DNA of 64,000 bases from Gammaproteobacteria bacterium (GTDB lineage Bacteria; Pseudomonadota; Gammaproteobacteria; Eutrophobiales; Eutrophobiaceae): contig CBDEUK010000002.1 in NCBI GenBank assembly GCA_965243205.1, forward strand, positions 864,001-928,000, read 5' to 3'. The translations under genes were made by a program, and so were the position numbers. Shown here one piece after another: positions 21,942 to 33,327 of the stretch. The notes beneath the pieces were generated by a model. The model did not search any database. It was not told where the DNA came from and was given only the letters and a program-made list of their open reading frames with translations. The number at the start of each line of letters is the position of its first letter. Position 1 is the first letter of the stretch.

Positions 21942-22247
21942 TTAGGTTATAGGCTTGTTTTCAGCGAGGGATAAATCCACGCGTTCCCGTAATTGCTTAC
22001 CGGGTTTGAAATGAGGTACATATTTAGCAGGTAATGATACCGGTTCACCCGATTTCGGGTTACGCCCAACACGAGGTGGGCGATAATGTAAGGCAAAACT
22101 ACCAAAACCACGTATCTCGATTCGTTCACCATTCGACAGAGTCTGCGCCATGTATTCCAACATGGTCTTTACAGCTAACTCCACATCCTTGTAAGCCAAT
22201 TGCGACTGCCGTCTGGCTAACGATTCGATCAGTTCAGATTTAGTCAT
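21942..22247 (-). CDS. ihfB: Integration host factor beta
   Basis: [31 protein letters not shown]. Confidence 0.97.
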   Translation of the reverse strand: MTKSELIESLARRQSQLAYKDVELAVKTMLEYMAQTLSNGERIEIRGFGSFALHYRPPRVGRNPKSGEPVSLPAKYVPHFKPGKQLRERVDLSLAENKPIT

Positions 22248-22338
22248 ATTGATAATGCTCCGCAACAGTTCTAGTTGTGATATGTGACAGAACTTTCATC
22301 CTATTGTTTATATTACCTAAATCTGAGCCGTCATTGAA

Positions 22339-24009
22339 CTAATTATTGTCCAAATGTTCCTTCAAAAGGTCACCCAATTTAGCACCTTGGCCTGAATCTG
22401 GTGAATATTCTTCGACAGTTGCCGCTTCTTCATCCGATTCTTTGGCTCGTACAGATACTGCAATTGAACGCTTTTTACGGTCGATAGCGGTAATCTTCAC
22501 TTCAAGCTCATCACCTTCTTTGACCTCAGTTCGGGCATCATCTATACGTTTCTCAAGAGAAATTTCAGATGCCTTGAGTTGAGCTTCAACCCCTTCGGCC
22601 AATGTCATGACTGCAAATTTTGCATCAACTTCAGAGACTGTACCTGTAACAATACTACCTTTTGAGTACTCTGCCACATAACTTGAGAATGGATCTTTTT
22701 CTAATTGCTTCACGCCTAGTGAAATACGTTCACGTTCAGCATCCACAGCAAGAACCACCGTTTCAAGCTCTTCACCTTTCTTATAACGACGAATGATGTC
22801 TTCGCCATCTTCACCCCAAGTGATATCTGATAAATGAACCAAACCATCGATACCACCATCAAGACCGATAAAAATACCGAAATCGGTAATCGATTTGATG
22901 GTACCCGCAATACGATCACCTTTATTATGAGTGGCAGCAAAGCTTTCCCAAGGGTTCGGTTGACATTGTTTCATGCCAAGTGAAATACGACGACGTTCTT
23001 CGTCGATATCAAGGATGATCACATCTACTTCTTGGCCGATGTGTACTAATTTCGATGGATGAACGTTTTTATTAGTCCAATCCATTTCCGATACGTGTAC
23101 CAGTCCTTCAACACCTTCTTCTAGCTCTACGAAACAACCATAGTCAGCAAGATTGGTAACAACACCATGTAAGCGAGAATTTTCTGGATAACGACGTGTT
23201 AAATCTGCCCAAGGGTCTTCACCCATTTGTTTCAAGCCTAATGAAACACGGTTACGATCACGATCAAATTTAAGAACCTTCACTTCGATTTCATCACCAA
23301 TATTCACAATCTCAGCTGGATTCTTAACTCGTTTCCAAGCCATATCGGTAATATGCAGTAGACCGTCAACACCGCCTAAATCAAGGAATGCACCATAATC
23401 GGTAAGGTTTTTAACCACACCTTTGGTGATTGCGCCTTCATTAAGCTGCTCTAACATTTCTTCACGTTCTACTGAAGATTCGTTTTCAACCACAGCACGT
23501 CTTGATACCACTACGTTGCTGCGTTTTTGGTCAATTTTAATGACCTTAAATTCAAGCGTTTTACCTTCTAAATAAGAAGTATCTTTGACCGGACGAACAT
23601 CCACTAATGAACCCGGCAAGAATGCGCGGACTTTATTGATATCGACGGTGAAACCACCTTTCACACGCTCAGCAATCACACCAATAACTGTTTCTTCTGC
23701 TTCGTGCGCTTTTTCTAGTTCGCCCCAAGCTTGTAAGCGTTTGGCTTTTTCTCGCGATAAACGAGTTTCACCATAACCATCTTCGATAACATCTAGGGCA
23801 ACTTCCACTTCGTCGCCAATAGCAACTTCAAGTTCGCCTTTTTCATCGAAAAATTGATCTATGGGAATGACGCCTTCTGATTTGAGGCCGGCGTTGACAA
23901 TGACTTTGTCTTGATTGATATCTACGATTTGACCGCTAACGATAGAGCCAGGACGCATTTTCGCTTCGATTTGGCTCTGTTCAAATAATTCTGCAAAACT
24001 TTCACTCAT
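22339..24009 (-). CDS. rpsA: 30S ribosomal protein S1
   Basis: [10 protein letters not shown]; six S1 repeats ([23 protein letters not shown]). Confidence 0.98.
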   Translation of the reverse strand: MSESFAELFEQSQIEAKMRPGSIVSGQIVDINQDKVIVNAGLKSEGVIPIDQFFDEKGELEVAIGDEVEVALDVIEDGYGETRLSREKAKRLQAWGELEKAHEAEETVIGVIAERVKGGFTVDINKVRAFLPGSLVDVRPVKDTSYLEGKTLEFKVIKIDQKRSNVVVSRRAVVENESSVEREEMLEQLNEGAITKGVVKNLTDYGAFLDLGGVDGLLHITDMAWKRVKNPAEIVNIGDEIEVKVLKFDRDRNRVSLGLKQMGEDPWADLTRRYPENSRLHGVVTNLADYGCFVELEEGVEGLVHVSEMDWTNKNVHPSKLVHIGQEVDVIILDIDEERRRISLGMKQCQPNPWESFAATHNKGDRIAGTIKSITDFGIFIGLDGGIDGLVHLSDITWGEDGEDIIRRYKKGEELETVVLAVDAERERISLGVKQLEKDPFSSYVAEYSKGSIVTGTVSEVDAKFAVMTLAEGVEAQLKASEISLEKRIDDARTEVKEGDELEVKITAIDRKKRSIAVSVRAKESDEEAATVEEYSPDSGQGAKLGDLLKEHLDNN

Positions 24010-24214
24010 AAAAATAACTTACCATTTGCTGAAGATAGCGCTCCTCAGGTTATCGTTTAGAAACAAGACTTTATACATATTTTAAAGCGATGTTTCCTTG
24101 CACGGAATGTGCCGTTTTTACTAAATTCCATCAATAGCAAAAACCCATTACAAACACTTGTTCGTAATGGTTAAAAGAACTCAACAAAATCGATTAGATT
24201 TTACGGCCCTGCTT
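24010..24214 (-). promoter_or_regulatory. Structured rpsA 5' leader without a clear SD (probable S1 autoregulatory leader)
   Basis: Several hairpins on the minus strand (CCATTAC..GTAATGG; CTGAGGAGCGCTATCTTCAG) and A/U-rich sequence before the ATG, as known for gammaproteobacterial rpsA. Confidence 0.45.
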
Positions 24215-24937
24215 TCAATTACAATGTGAAGAGAATGTTGGAGATATGCTGAAGGTCTTTTGTACCAACTCGCCAACTCGGTCCACAACTTGTTGGATGT
24301 TGACGTCACTGGTATCAATTATGATGGCATCATCCGCTGGCCTGAGCGGGGATGTTTTACGTTCACTGTCCCTAGTATCCCGCTCCGCTATATCGGCCGA
24401 AAGCTGCGCGAGATTAACACTAATGCCTTGTTCCATCAACTGTTTCTGGCGTCTTTTGGCACGGACTTCAGCACTCGCAGTAAGATAGATTTTGAGTTCG
24501 GCATCGGGAAAGACCGTGGTGCCCATATCACGACCATCTGCAATTAAACCAGGTGCTTGTTGGAATTGTCGTTGGCGTTCAAATAGCGCGGCACGAACTT
24601 TTGGATAGGCTGCAACGATAGAGGCGTAACGACCGCAGTCTTCAGTTCGAATAAGATGGCTGACTTCTTCCTCTTCAAAGTACACTTTAACCAGATTTCC
24701 TGTACTGGTGACATCAAAGCGCACATTCAAATCGGATGCTAGAGTTGCCAAGGCATCTTCATCATCCCAATGAATTTCATGTTTCATCGCACCAGTGGCA
24801 ACAATGCGATAAAGCGCGCCACTATCTAATAAATGCCAATCCAGTCCCAAGGCCAATTGAATGCATAAGGTACCTTTACCAGTACCACTCGGCCCATCAA
24901 CAGTAATAACGGGAATATTCTCAGCCACGCTCGACAA
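24215..24937 (-). CDS. cmk: Cytidylate kinase (start probably GTG 24928, overlapping the aroA stop)
   Basis: ITVDGPSGTGKGT, LDSGALYR, ADGRDMGT. Confidence 0.97.
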   Translation of the reverse strand: MSSVAENIPVITVDGPSGTGKGTLCIQLALGLDWHLLDSGALYRIVATGAMKHEIHWDDEDALATLASDLNVRFDVTSTGNLVKVYFEEEEVSHLIRTEDCGRYASIVAAYPKVRAALFERQRQFQQAPGLIADGRDMGTTVFPDAELKIYLTASAEVRAKRRQKQLMEQGISVNLAQLSADIAERDTRDSERKTSPLRPADDAIIIDTSDVNIQQVVDRVGELVQKTFSISPTFSSHCN

Positions 24938-26249
24938 CCGAAAGAGAAAGTCCAGCTTGTGTCGCTAGCTCAACAAAGTTTGGAAATGAGGTTGCAACGT
25001 TGTTGCAATCCAAAATATGAATCGGCTGTTCAGAAACTAAGCCAGCCATAGAAAATGACATCGCGATACGATGATCAGTCAAACTATCTACCGTACCACC
25101 TTTGATAATTCCGCCTTCGACTACCATACCATCATCGTATTCTTCTAATTGAATTCCAATCGCCCTTAAACCATCAGCCATAGCTTTAATACGATCACTT
25201 TCTTTCACACGAAGTTCTTTCGCACCTGTTAAAATAGTCTCACCTTCTGCCACAGCAGCAGCGACTAAGATAGCCGGAAACTCATCGATCGCAATCGGTA
25301 CAAACTTTTCAGGAATCTCGATACCTTTTAATTGGCTAGATTTCACTTCGATATCCGCAACAGGTTCACCACCAACAAATTGTTCATTCGTGATCGCAAT
25401 ATCGCCGCCCATCATTTTAAGGATATCGATCACCGCGGCTCGAGTTGGATTCACACCGACTTGTTTTAAAATAATGTGACTATCTTTAGCGATTAAAGCA
25501 CCGACCATAAAAAATGCGGCCGAAGAAATATCACTCGGTACATTAATATCAGTACTTTTTAAAGTTTGATTGCCTTTTAATGAAACAGTTAAAGCATTCT
25601 GTTCAACTTCCACCCCAAACGCCTTTAGCATGCGTTCAGTATGATCACGACTTACCGCAGGTTCATGAATCACAGTAGTACCTTCAGCGTATAACCCTGC
25701 GAGTAGTAAACAAGACTTCAACTGCGCACTGGCAACTGGACATTGATAATCCAACGCGGTTAAAGAATTTGCTTTACCTATCTTTAACGGCAAGGTTCCA
25801 TCATCTTCAGCGGATATATTCGCTCCCATTTGTTGTAATGGTTTTACCACGCGATTCATCGGCCGTGTCATTAAAGAAGCATCACCAACAATCTCACATT
25901 CCACACCTGCTCCAGCCAAAATACCTGCTAACAAACGTGTTGAAGTACCAGAGTTACCAAGGTCAATAGCTTTTGAAGGATTTTTCAATCCATGCAAACC
26001 CACACCTTTTACGGTTAATTCTGTTTTGGAATGTTGCTCAACTTCAACACCAAGTTCTACCAAAGCCGCAGCCGTCGCTAAGGTATCTTCACCTGGTAAA
26101 AAACCTGCGATATTAGTTTCACCTTCGGCTAATGCTGCAAACATTAAAGAGCGATGCGAAATGGATTTATCGCCTGGCAAATGTATTTCACCTTTTAATG
26201 AGCCATTAGGTGATATTGTAAAATCGATTGGATGAGCAGATTTGGACAT
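24921..26249 (-). CDS. aroA: 3-phosphoshikimate 1-carboxyvinyltransferase (class II EPSPS)
   Basis: PGDKSISHR, LGNSGT, SAQLKS, RDHTERM, ELRVKESDRI, DHRIAM. Confidence 0.97.
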   Translation of the reverse strand: MSKSAHPIDFTISPNGSLKGEIHLPGDKSISHRSLMFAALAEGETNIAGFLPGEDTLATAAALVELGVEVEQHSKTELTVKGVGLHGLKNPSKAIDLGNSGTSTRLLAGILAGAGVECEIVGDASLMTRPMNRVVKPLQQMGANISAEDDGTLPLKIGKANSLTALDYQCPVASAQLKSCLLLAGLYAEGTTVIHEPAVSRDHTERMLKAFGVEVEQNALTVSLKGNQTLKSTDINVPSDISSAAFFMVGALIAKDSHIILKQVGVNPTRAAVIDILKMMGGDIAITNEQFVGGEPVADIEVKSSQLKGIEIPEKFVPIAIDEFPAILVAAAVAEGETILTGAKELRVKESDRIKAMADGLRAIGIQLEEYDDGMVVEGGIIKGGTVDSLTDHRIAMSFSMAGLVSEQPIHILDCNNVATSFPNFVELATQAGLSLSVVERG

Positions 26250-26260
26250 CTTTTATTTTG

Positions 26261-27151
26261 TTAATTATTATCTCTTAACTTACGCTGATCCATAAACTGA
26301 TCGCGCTGTTGTTTAGCATTTTGAAAAATTTTAAGTAACGATTCAGAATCATCATTGATGATCGCTTGACGAATTTGATCAATATGTTGATCAAATTTAT
26401 CTAACACACTTAATAAACTTTTACGGTTGGAATAACAGATATCATGCCACATCTCAGGACTGCTTGATGCGATACGTGTAAAGTCAGCAAAACCTCCCGC
26501 AGCATTACAAAAGATTTCATCGCTATCTTCCATTGCCGCCAAACAATCGACTAAAGCATAGGCTAACATATGCGGTAAGTGACTCGTCGCTGCTAGGATT
26601 TGATCATGACTTTCTACATCCATATTTACTACGTCAGCGCCTGTAGTTTCCCACATTTCAGTGATCACACTTAACGCATGAATATTCGTTTGTGTTGTAG
26701 GTGTTAAAATAATTCTGTGTGCTTCGAATAGTTCAGCAAACGAAGCTTCAACACCACTGTTTTCAGTCCCTGCGATAGGATGACCTGGAACAAAGCGTGT
26801 CGCATCGTCTAAATATTTCTCCGCCGCTTCAACCACACTGCCTTTCACACTGCCCACATCGGTAATGATCGCATCGGCTTTTACATGAGTTTTCATATTT
26901 TGAAATAATTCTGCGTAGCAACCCAATGGTGTTGCTAATACAATGACATCAGCTGCACGAACAACATCAACAAGTTGTTTACTGAACTCATCGATCACTC
27001 CCAATTCTTTCGCTTTAACTAACGATGGAGTATGTCTGCCATAACCAATGATTCGCTCAACAGCATTATGTTTTTTTAAAGCTCTAGCCAATGAACCGCC
27101 GATAAGACCAACGCCTAAAATTGCTAGAGTATTAATATGAAATTCGGACAT
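26261..27151 (-). CDS. tyrA: Prephenate/arogenate dehydrogenase
   Basis: GVGLIGGS, TDVGSVKG, GHPIAGTE, SHLPH, GFADFTRIA. Confidence 0.93.
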   Translation of the reverse strand: MSEFHINTLAILGVGLIGGSLARALKKHNAVERIIGYGRHTPSLVKAKELGVIDEFSKQLVDVVRAADVIVLATPLGCYAELFQNMKTHVKADAIITDVGSVKGSVVEAAEKYLDDATRFVPGHPIAGTENSGVEASFAELFEAHRIILTPTTQTNIHALSVITEMWETTGADVVNMDVESHDQILAATSHLPHMLAYALVDCLAAMEDSDEIFCNAAGGFADFTRIASSSPEMWHDICYSNRKSLLSVLDKFDQHIDQIRQAIINDDSESLLKIFQNAKQQRDQFMDQRKLRDNN

Positions 27152-27154
27152 AAA

Positions 27155-28255
27155 TTATTTTGCTAATACTTCGGTTAACGCATTAATAAATTTTTGATTT
27201 TCAGATTCTAGGCCAATGGTCACTCGAATAAATTCAGGCATACCATAGTTATCAACTGGCCTTACAATCACTCCACGTTTTAATAGCTCTTGATATACTT
27301 CAGAGCCTGATTGTTGCAAATTGACACTGAGAAAATTACCCATCGAAGGAATAAAATGTAAACCCATGCTATCGAATGTATTGGCTAATTGTTTTAAACC
27401 TTGTGAATTCAATTCAACACTTTTTTGAATAAAGTCTTGATCATCCAAAGCCACTTCCGCTGCTAATAATGCTAGGGCATTTGAATTAAACGGTTGTCTT
27501 ACTCGGTTTAATAAATCCGCGACATCCTTATGGGAAATGGAATAACCTGTTCGTAAACTGGCTAAGCCATAAGCTTTAGAAAACGTTCTGCTTATCACCA
27601 AATTTGTATATTCGTTCAAACATTCAACTGCTTTTGGAAAATCATTTTTATCAGCGTATTCAAAATAGGCCTCATCCAAAACAACAATGACATTGTTTGG
27701 AATTTGTTTTATAAAATTTAAAAAGTCAGTATGACTAAACCAAGTACCTGTAGGGTTATTTGGATTGGCTAAGAAAATGATTCGAGTATTTTCATTCACT
27801 AACTGAACAATGCCATCTAAATCATTACCCCAATTTTTCGCTGGACAAGTAATAGCTTTAGCGCCAATGGCTTGAGTCACTAATGGATAAACCGCAAAAG
27901 CATGTTCAGAAAAAATAACATTATGATTAGGCGTTAAGATTGCACGAGCAATTAATTCCAAAATTTCATTCGAACCGTTACCAATGGTAATTTGATCCGC
28001 AGATACATTATGAATACCCGCTAACTTACTTTTTAAAGTATATGCATTACCATCTGGGTAACGTGAGTATTCATCAAAGTTAGCTATAGCTTGTTTAACT
28101 TTAGGGCTGCAACCTAATGGGTTTTCATTCGATGCTAACTTAACAATATTATCTAAACCCAGTTCACGTTGTAACTCTTCAACAGGCTTACCCGCTTGAT
28201 AAGGACGAAGTTTTGCAACACCAGTCGTGGCTAAAGAAATTAGATCACAACTCAT
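27155..28255 (-). CDS. hisC: Histidinol-phosphate (aromatic) aminotransferase
   Basis: KLASNENP, ANPNNPTG, DEAYFEY, RTFSKAYGLA. Confidence 0.95.
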   Translation of the reverse strand: MSCDLISLATTGVAKLRPYQAGKPVEELQRELGLDNIVKLASNENPLGCSPKVKQAIANFDEYSRYPDGNAYTLKSKLAGIHNVSADQITIGNGSNEILELIARAILTPNHNVIFSEHAFAVYPLVTQAIGAKAITCPAKNWGNDLDGIVQLVNENTRIIFLANPNNPTGTWFSHTDFLNFIKQIPNNVIVVLDEAYFEYADKNDFPKAVECLNEYTNLVISRTFSKAYGLASLRTGYSISHKDVADLLNRVRQPFNSNALALLAAEVALDDQDFIQKSVELNSQGLKQLANTFDSMGLHFIPSMGNFLSVNLQQSGSEVYQELLKRGVIVRPVDNYGMPEFIRVTIGLESENQKFINALTEVLAK

Positions 28256-28285
28256 AATTCAATACCTATTACTACAAATATCATT

Positions 28286-29371
28286 TTATAAAACGGCCTT
28301 AGGGTATGAACCTAATACTTTTACTAATGATGCAGAATCATTGAGTTGTTTTAGAGTTTGGATCACTGCAGCGTCACCAATATGTCCTTCAAAATCCGCA
28401 AAGAATACATAGTCCCACATACCTTTACGTGAAGGTCTAGATTCAATTCTGGTTAAACTAATACTGTTATTGGCAAAACACGATAATAAATCATGTAAAG
28501 CGCCCGGTTTATTGGGTGCAGTAAATAAAATCGATGTTTTATCTTTACCACTGGCTGGGGTTTCACGTTTTCCTAAAATTAAAAACCTTGTGGTGTTATC
28601 AGGTTCATCTTCAATATTTTTTGATAATGCATTCAAACTATATAACTCTGCTGCTGTTTCGCTCGCTATAGCAGCCGCATTACTTTCTTCTACTGCTCGT
28701 TGACAACCGACTGCATTACTGGAAACACTGATGCGTTCTGCATTCGGTAAATGTTCATCTAACCAAGCACGGCATTGTGATAACGCTTGTTGGTGTGCAT
28801 AGATTTTTTTAATCGAACCTGAATCTTTTTCATTGGATAACAAATGATGATGAATACGTAATTCTACTTCACCACAAATTTTCAAATTCGAATTGATCAA
28901 TAAATCTAGGGTATGGTTCACCACTCCCTCGATAGAGTTTTCAATTGGCACTACACCATAATGACTATCACCCGCTTCCACATCACGAAACACATTAGCG
29001 ATACTGTTATGTGAGGCAGTTTTAACCGAGTGTCCAAAGTGTTTTATTGCCGCTGCTTGAGTGAATGTACCTTCGGGGCCGAGATACGCCACGCACATTG
29101 GTAATTCCAAGGCCAAACAGACTGACATGATCTCTCGAAATAACCTAGCCGCTTCTTCATTAGATATTGGGCCTTTGTTTGAGTCCAGAATCTTTTGTAA
29201 CACTTGCGCTTCGCGCTCTGGTCGATAGAAAACCGCATTTTCATCTTCTGTGCGTTTCGCTTCCGCAACTTGACCCGCAAGCGCAGCACGCTGATTGAGT
29301 AACTCTAAAAGTTTCTCATCAGTTGCATCAATTTCTGTACGCAGTTGTTGTAATTGTTTTTTATCGGACAT
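28286..29371 (-). CDS. pheA: Chorismate mutase/prephenate dehydratase
   Basis: N-terminal AroQ domain, LGPEGTFT, PIENSIEG, NTTRF, ESRP. Confidence 0.97.
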   Translation of the reverse strand: MSDKKQLQQLRTEIDATDEKLLELLNQRAALAGQVAEAKRTEDENAVFYRPEREAQVLQKILDSNKGPISNEEAARLFREIMSVCLALELPMCVAYLGPEGTFTQAAAIKHFGHSVKTASHNSIANVFRDVEAGDSHYGVVPIENSIEGVVNHTLDLLINSNLKICGEVELRIHHHLLSNEKDSGSIKKIYAHQQALSQCRAWLDEHLPNAERISVSSNAVGCQRAVEESNAAAIASETAAELYSLNALSKNIEDEPDNTTRFLILGKRETPASGKDKTSILFTAPNKPGALHDLLSCFANNSISLTRIESRPSRKGMWDYVFFADFEGHIGDAAVIQTLKQLNDSASLVKVLGSYPKAVL

Positions 29372-29495
29372 CGTTATAACTTGAATTGACTCAGATTATT
29401 TAGACTAAAGTCGAGAGTATACCTGAGTATTAAGCATAGGTAGAGCGAGTCTACATATCCTTTGATTTAACTGGTCTTGATTGTTTTGACTGAAT

Positions 29496-32057
29496 TTATT
29501 CGGCTTCAGTATCGTCTTCTTTATCTTCGATGATACGTTCTAGACTCGACAACTGCTCACCCTCTGAAACACTGACCAAGCGAACACCTTGAGTATTACG
29601 CCCCATGCTTGAAACGTCTTTCGCTGGGGTACGCATTAAAGTGCCATGACTGCTAATCAACATTACATCGTCATCATCATCAACAGCAACCGCGCCGATT
29701 ACCTTACCGTTACGATCAGTTGTTTGAATGGATATGACACCTACGCCGCCACGACCCTTACTGGCATAATCGTTAATTGGTGTGCGTTTACCATAACCAT
29801 TTTCCGTTGCGGTTAATACAGAACTTTCTTCATTTTCAACAACCAATAATGAAATGACTCGTTGCTCACCTGAAAGCTTGATGCCGCGGACACCTCTAGC
29901 GGTACGACCCATTGGACGCACATCTTTTTCATTAAAGCGAACCGCCTTACCCGCATCATTAAATAACATGATGTCATGTTCACCAACTGTAAGTTCGACC
30001 CCAACTAAGGTATTACCTTCGACTAATTCAATCGCGCGGATACCACTCGGGCGCGGTCGTGAAAAATCGGCCAAGCTACATTTTTTCACTGTACCATCGG
30101 CCGTTGCCATGAATAAGAATTTATCTTCGCTGAATTCACGAATTGGCATAATGGCATTAATGCGTTCACCTTCATCTAACGGCAATAGATTCACAATCGG
30201 TTTACCCCGAGCTGCGCGCGAGGCTTGCGGTAAGTTATACACCTTCATCCAATATAATTTGCCGATACTGGAGAAACATAAAATCGTATCGTGGGTACTG
30301 GCTACGAATAACTTATCGATAAAATCTTCTTCTTTAACATTCGTTGCAGATTTACCTTTACCACCACGACGTTGTGCACGGTAATCCGAAATCGGTTGGC
30401 ATTTCGCATAACCCGCATGCGATAAAGTTACAACCACATCCTCTTCGGTTATCAGATCTTCCATGGTTAAATCTTCTTGAGTCTCAACCAATTCAGTACG
30501 ACGTTCATCGCCGTATTGATCACGAATCTCAATTAATTCATCTTTAATAACATTTAATAAACGTTCTGGTCGCGACAGGATATCAATCAAATCAGCAATG
30601 CTTTCTAAAATATCACCGTATTCTTTTAAAACTTTATCTTGTTCTAAACCGGTTAAGCGTTGCAGTTTTAAATCTAAAATCGCCTGAGCTTGTACTTCTG
30701 ATAATTTATAACCTTCATCGCTCAAACCTAAACCTGGTTCGAGATCTTCTGGCTTAGAAGCATCAGCACCAGCACGCTTTAACATTTCAACCACGACACC
30801 CGATTGCCATATTGGTTTTAATAAAGCCGCTTTGGCTTCTGCTGGTGATGGTGATGATTTAATGAGTTCGATGATCGGATCAATATTGGCAAGAGCTACC
30901 GCTAAACCTTCTAAAATATGCGCTCTAGCGCGAGCTTTGCGTAAATTATAAACCGTCCTGCGGGTAACAACTTCTCGACGATGACGAATGAATGCCTCAA
31001 GAATTTGTTTAAGGTTTAACAATCTCGGTTGGTCATCGACCAAAGCCACCATATTAATGCCAAACACGGTTTGCATTTGAGTGAATTTATATAAGTTGTT
31101 CAGCAATACTTCAGGCACTTCACCTTTGCTTAACTCGATAACAATGCGCATACCGTCTTTATCGGATTCATCGCGTAAACCATCACGGCGAATACCTGTG
31201 ATTTTTTTATCTTTGGTAAGCTCAGCAATCTTTTCTAGTAACCGAGCTTTGTTCACTTGATAAGGCAATTCAGTGACTATGATAGCGCTGTGATCACCCA
31301 TATCTTCTATTTCGGTTCGTGCGCGAACGTAGATACGACCACGCCCAGTTAAGTACGCTTCATGAATACCACTGGTACCATTAATAATACCTGCAGTAGG
31401 AAAATCAGGCCCTGGAATATGTTGAATTAAATCGGCAATAGTAGTGTCGGGGTTATCTATTAGGGCGATAGAAGCAGAAATAACTTCGCTTAAATTATGG
31501 GACGGAATATTAGTTGCCATACCGACAGCAATACCACTCGATCCGTTAACTAATAAATTAGGTACTCGTGATGGCAGAACAACTGGTTCATGTTCTGAGC
31601 CATCGTAGTTTGCAGCATAGTCTACTGTTTCACGCTCAATATCTTGCAGCAATTCATGCGCAATCTTCGACATGCGGATTTCGGTATAACGCATCGCCGC
31701 TGGTGCATCACCATCGACAGAACCGAAGTTTCCTTGGCCATCAACCAAGGTATATCGAAGAGAAAAATCCTGCGCCATGCGCACAATGGTGTCGTAAATC
31801 GCGTTATCACCATGCGGGTGATATTTACCCATGACTTCACCGACCACACGCGCCGATTTTTTATACGGTTTGTTGTAATCATTGCCTGTCTCATGCATGG
31901 CATAAAGCACACGTCGATGCACTGGTTTTAAACCATCACGAACATCTGGAAGCGCTCTTCCCACGATCACGCTCATAGCGTAATCCATGTAGGATTGCTT
32001 CATTTCATCTTCAATATTGACTGGCGATACGGAACGCGCGAAATCGTTTTCTTCCAT
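29496..32057 (-). CDS. gyrA: DNA gyrase subunit A
   Basis: [28 protein letters not shown], GyrA-box QRRGGKG. Confidence 0.98.
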   Translation of the reverse strand: MEENDFARSVSPVNIEDEMKQSYMDYAMSVIVGRALPDVRDGLKPVHRRVLYAMHETGNDYNKPYKKSARVVGEVMGKYHPHGDNAIYDTIVRMAQDFSLRYTLVDGQGNFGSVDGDAPAAMRYTEIRMSKIAHELLQDIERETVDYAANYDGSEHEPVVLPSRVPNLLVNGSSGIAVGMATNIPSHNLSEVISASIALIDNPDTTIADLIQHIPGPDFPTAGIINGTSGIHEAYLTGRGRIYVRARTEIEDMGDHSAIIVTELPYQVNKARLLEKIAELTKDKKITGIRRDGLRDESDKDGMRIVIELSKGEVPEVLLNNLYKFTQMQTVFGINMVALVDDQPRLLNLKQILEAFIRHRREVVTRRTVYNLRKARARAHILEGLAVALANIDPIIELIKSSPSPAEAKAALLKPIWQSGVVVEMLKRAGADASKPEDLEPGLGLSDEGYKLSEVQAQAILDLKLQRLTGLEQDKVLKEYGDILESIADLIDILSRPERLLNVIKDELIEIRDQYGDERRTELVETQEDLTMEDLITEEDVVVTLSHAGYAKCQPISDYRAQRRGGKGKSATNVKEEDFIDKLFVASTHDTILCFSSIGKLYWMKVYNLPQASRAARGKPIVNLLPLDEGERINAIMPIREFSEDKFLFMATADGTVKKCSLADFSRPRPSGIRAIELVEGNTLVGVELTVGEHDIMLFNDAGKAVRFNEKDVRPMGRTARGVRGIKLSGEQRVISLLVVENEESSVLTATENGYGKRTPINDYASKGRGGVGVISIQTTDRNGKVIGAVAVDDDDDVMLISSHGTLMRTPAKDVSSMGRNTQGVRLVSVSEGEQLSSLERIIEDKEDDTEAE

Positions 32058-32203
32058 TAGGGAGGGCTATCTTCTTATAATTTTATTAGTTGAAATACGA
32101 GGTTCATAAAGCAGCGAATTTTAACACAATTTACAGCCCAATAATAAGCTTAAATTCACTTTAAAAACGGTAAGTTAGGGCTAGCTATTAAGACTTGATT
32201 TTT

Positions 32204-33244
32204 TTATGAAAATAACGCTCTAATTTTCGCCACATCAGGCTGCATAACGATGCCTTTTTCAGTCACGATTGCATCGATTAAACTGGCTGGTGTTACATCA
32301 AATACAGGATTAAATGCTGCAACGTTTTCAGGCGCAGTTTGTTGTCCAGCGAACTGTAAAACCTCTGCCTGTGGACGTTGTTCTATCACAATATCTTTGC
32401 CAGTGTCAGTATTCAGATCAATAGTAGAAAGCGGTGCCGCGACCATGAACTTCACACCATGATGTTTTGCCGAAATCGCCAATTGGTAGGTACCGATTTT
32501 ATTTGCTGCATCACCATTGGCAGCAATGCGATCTGAACCCACAACAATCCAATCGACCTCGCCGAGTGATAACAAATGACTTGCAGCGGTATCCGATATT
32601 AATGTCACTGGAATATTATCTTGCTGCAATTCCCAGGAAGTTAGGCGTGCGCCTTGTAACCATGGTCGAGTCTCGCCTGCATAAACTTGTTTAAGGTTTT
32701 TATTCGCATAAAGACTACGAATCACGCCTAAAGCCGTACCATAACCACCTGTGGCTAACGCCCCAGCATTACAATGCGTCATAACCGTATTAGCAGAACC
32801 AATCACTTCAGCACCGTAATCGCCCATCGCCTTATTGGCTGCGATATCATCATTATGAATCTTAATCGCTTCTTGTAATAAACGTGTTTCTGGATCATCA
32901 CCCGCTTCAACAAACACATTACGCATTTGTTCAATCGCCCAATGTAAATTTACTGCAGTAGGTCTAGCTTCAGCTAACAACATTAAATCTTCATTGATTA
33001 AGTCACACCAATCTTTGCCTACTTGTTTAACAGCCCTTCGTGCAGCTAATACTATGCCGTACGCGGCTGTAATCCCAATCGCAGGTGCACCACGAACCAC
33101 CATATCCTTTATCGCTTTAGCAATACCTTCAACCGTATCGTAATCAATGTATTCAATTTTATTGGGTAATAAACGTTGATCTAATAAACGACAATGGCTT
33201 CCTGTCCATTCGATAGCTTTTACCTGGGTGTCTAAAGAACTCAT
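32204..33244 (-). CDS. mtnA: S-methyl-5-thioribose-1-phosphate isomerase
   Basis: LLDQRLLP, MVVRGAPAIG, RPTAVNL, THCNAGALAT, ETRPWLQGARLT. Confidence 0.96.
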   Translation of the reverse strand: MSSLDTQVKAIEWTGSHCRLLDQRLLPNKIEYIDYDTVEGIAKAIKDMVVRGAPAIGITAAYGIVLAARRAVKQVGKDWCDLINEDLMLLAEARPTAVNLHWAIEQMRNVFVEAGDDPETRLLQEAIKIHNDDIAANKAMGDYGAEVIGSANTVMTHCNAGALATGGYGTALGVIRSLYANKNLKQVYAGETRPWLQGARLTSWELQQDNIPVTLISDTAASHLLSLGEVDWIVVGSDRIAANGDAANKIGTYQLAISAKHHGVKFMVAAPLSTIDLNTDTGKDIVIEQRPQAEVLQFAGQQTAPENVAAFNPVFDVTPASLIDAIVTEKGIVMQPDVAKIRALFS

Positions 33245-33327
33245 TAAATTATTTTCTGCCTGTTATACGTGTTCACTAAATGTGCGTACAATACGAAGTC
33301 TCATAATAAAAGCAAAGTTTAATTCGT

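Noticed and set aside
21942-32057. Visibly higher GC in the rpsA-gyrA block as a sign of horizontal transfer
   Set aside because: These are conserved core genes in standard order; codon bias in highly expressed genes is a simpler explanation.
24030-32080. Shared GAAGATAGC(G/C)CTCC 14-mer between the rpsA and gyrA upstream regions in opposite orientation
   Set aside because: A single short match; the rpsA copy is explained by a local hairpin; likely chance.
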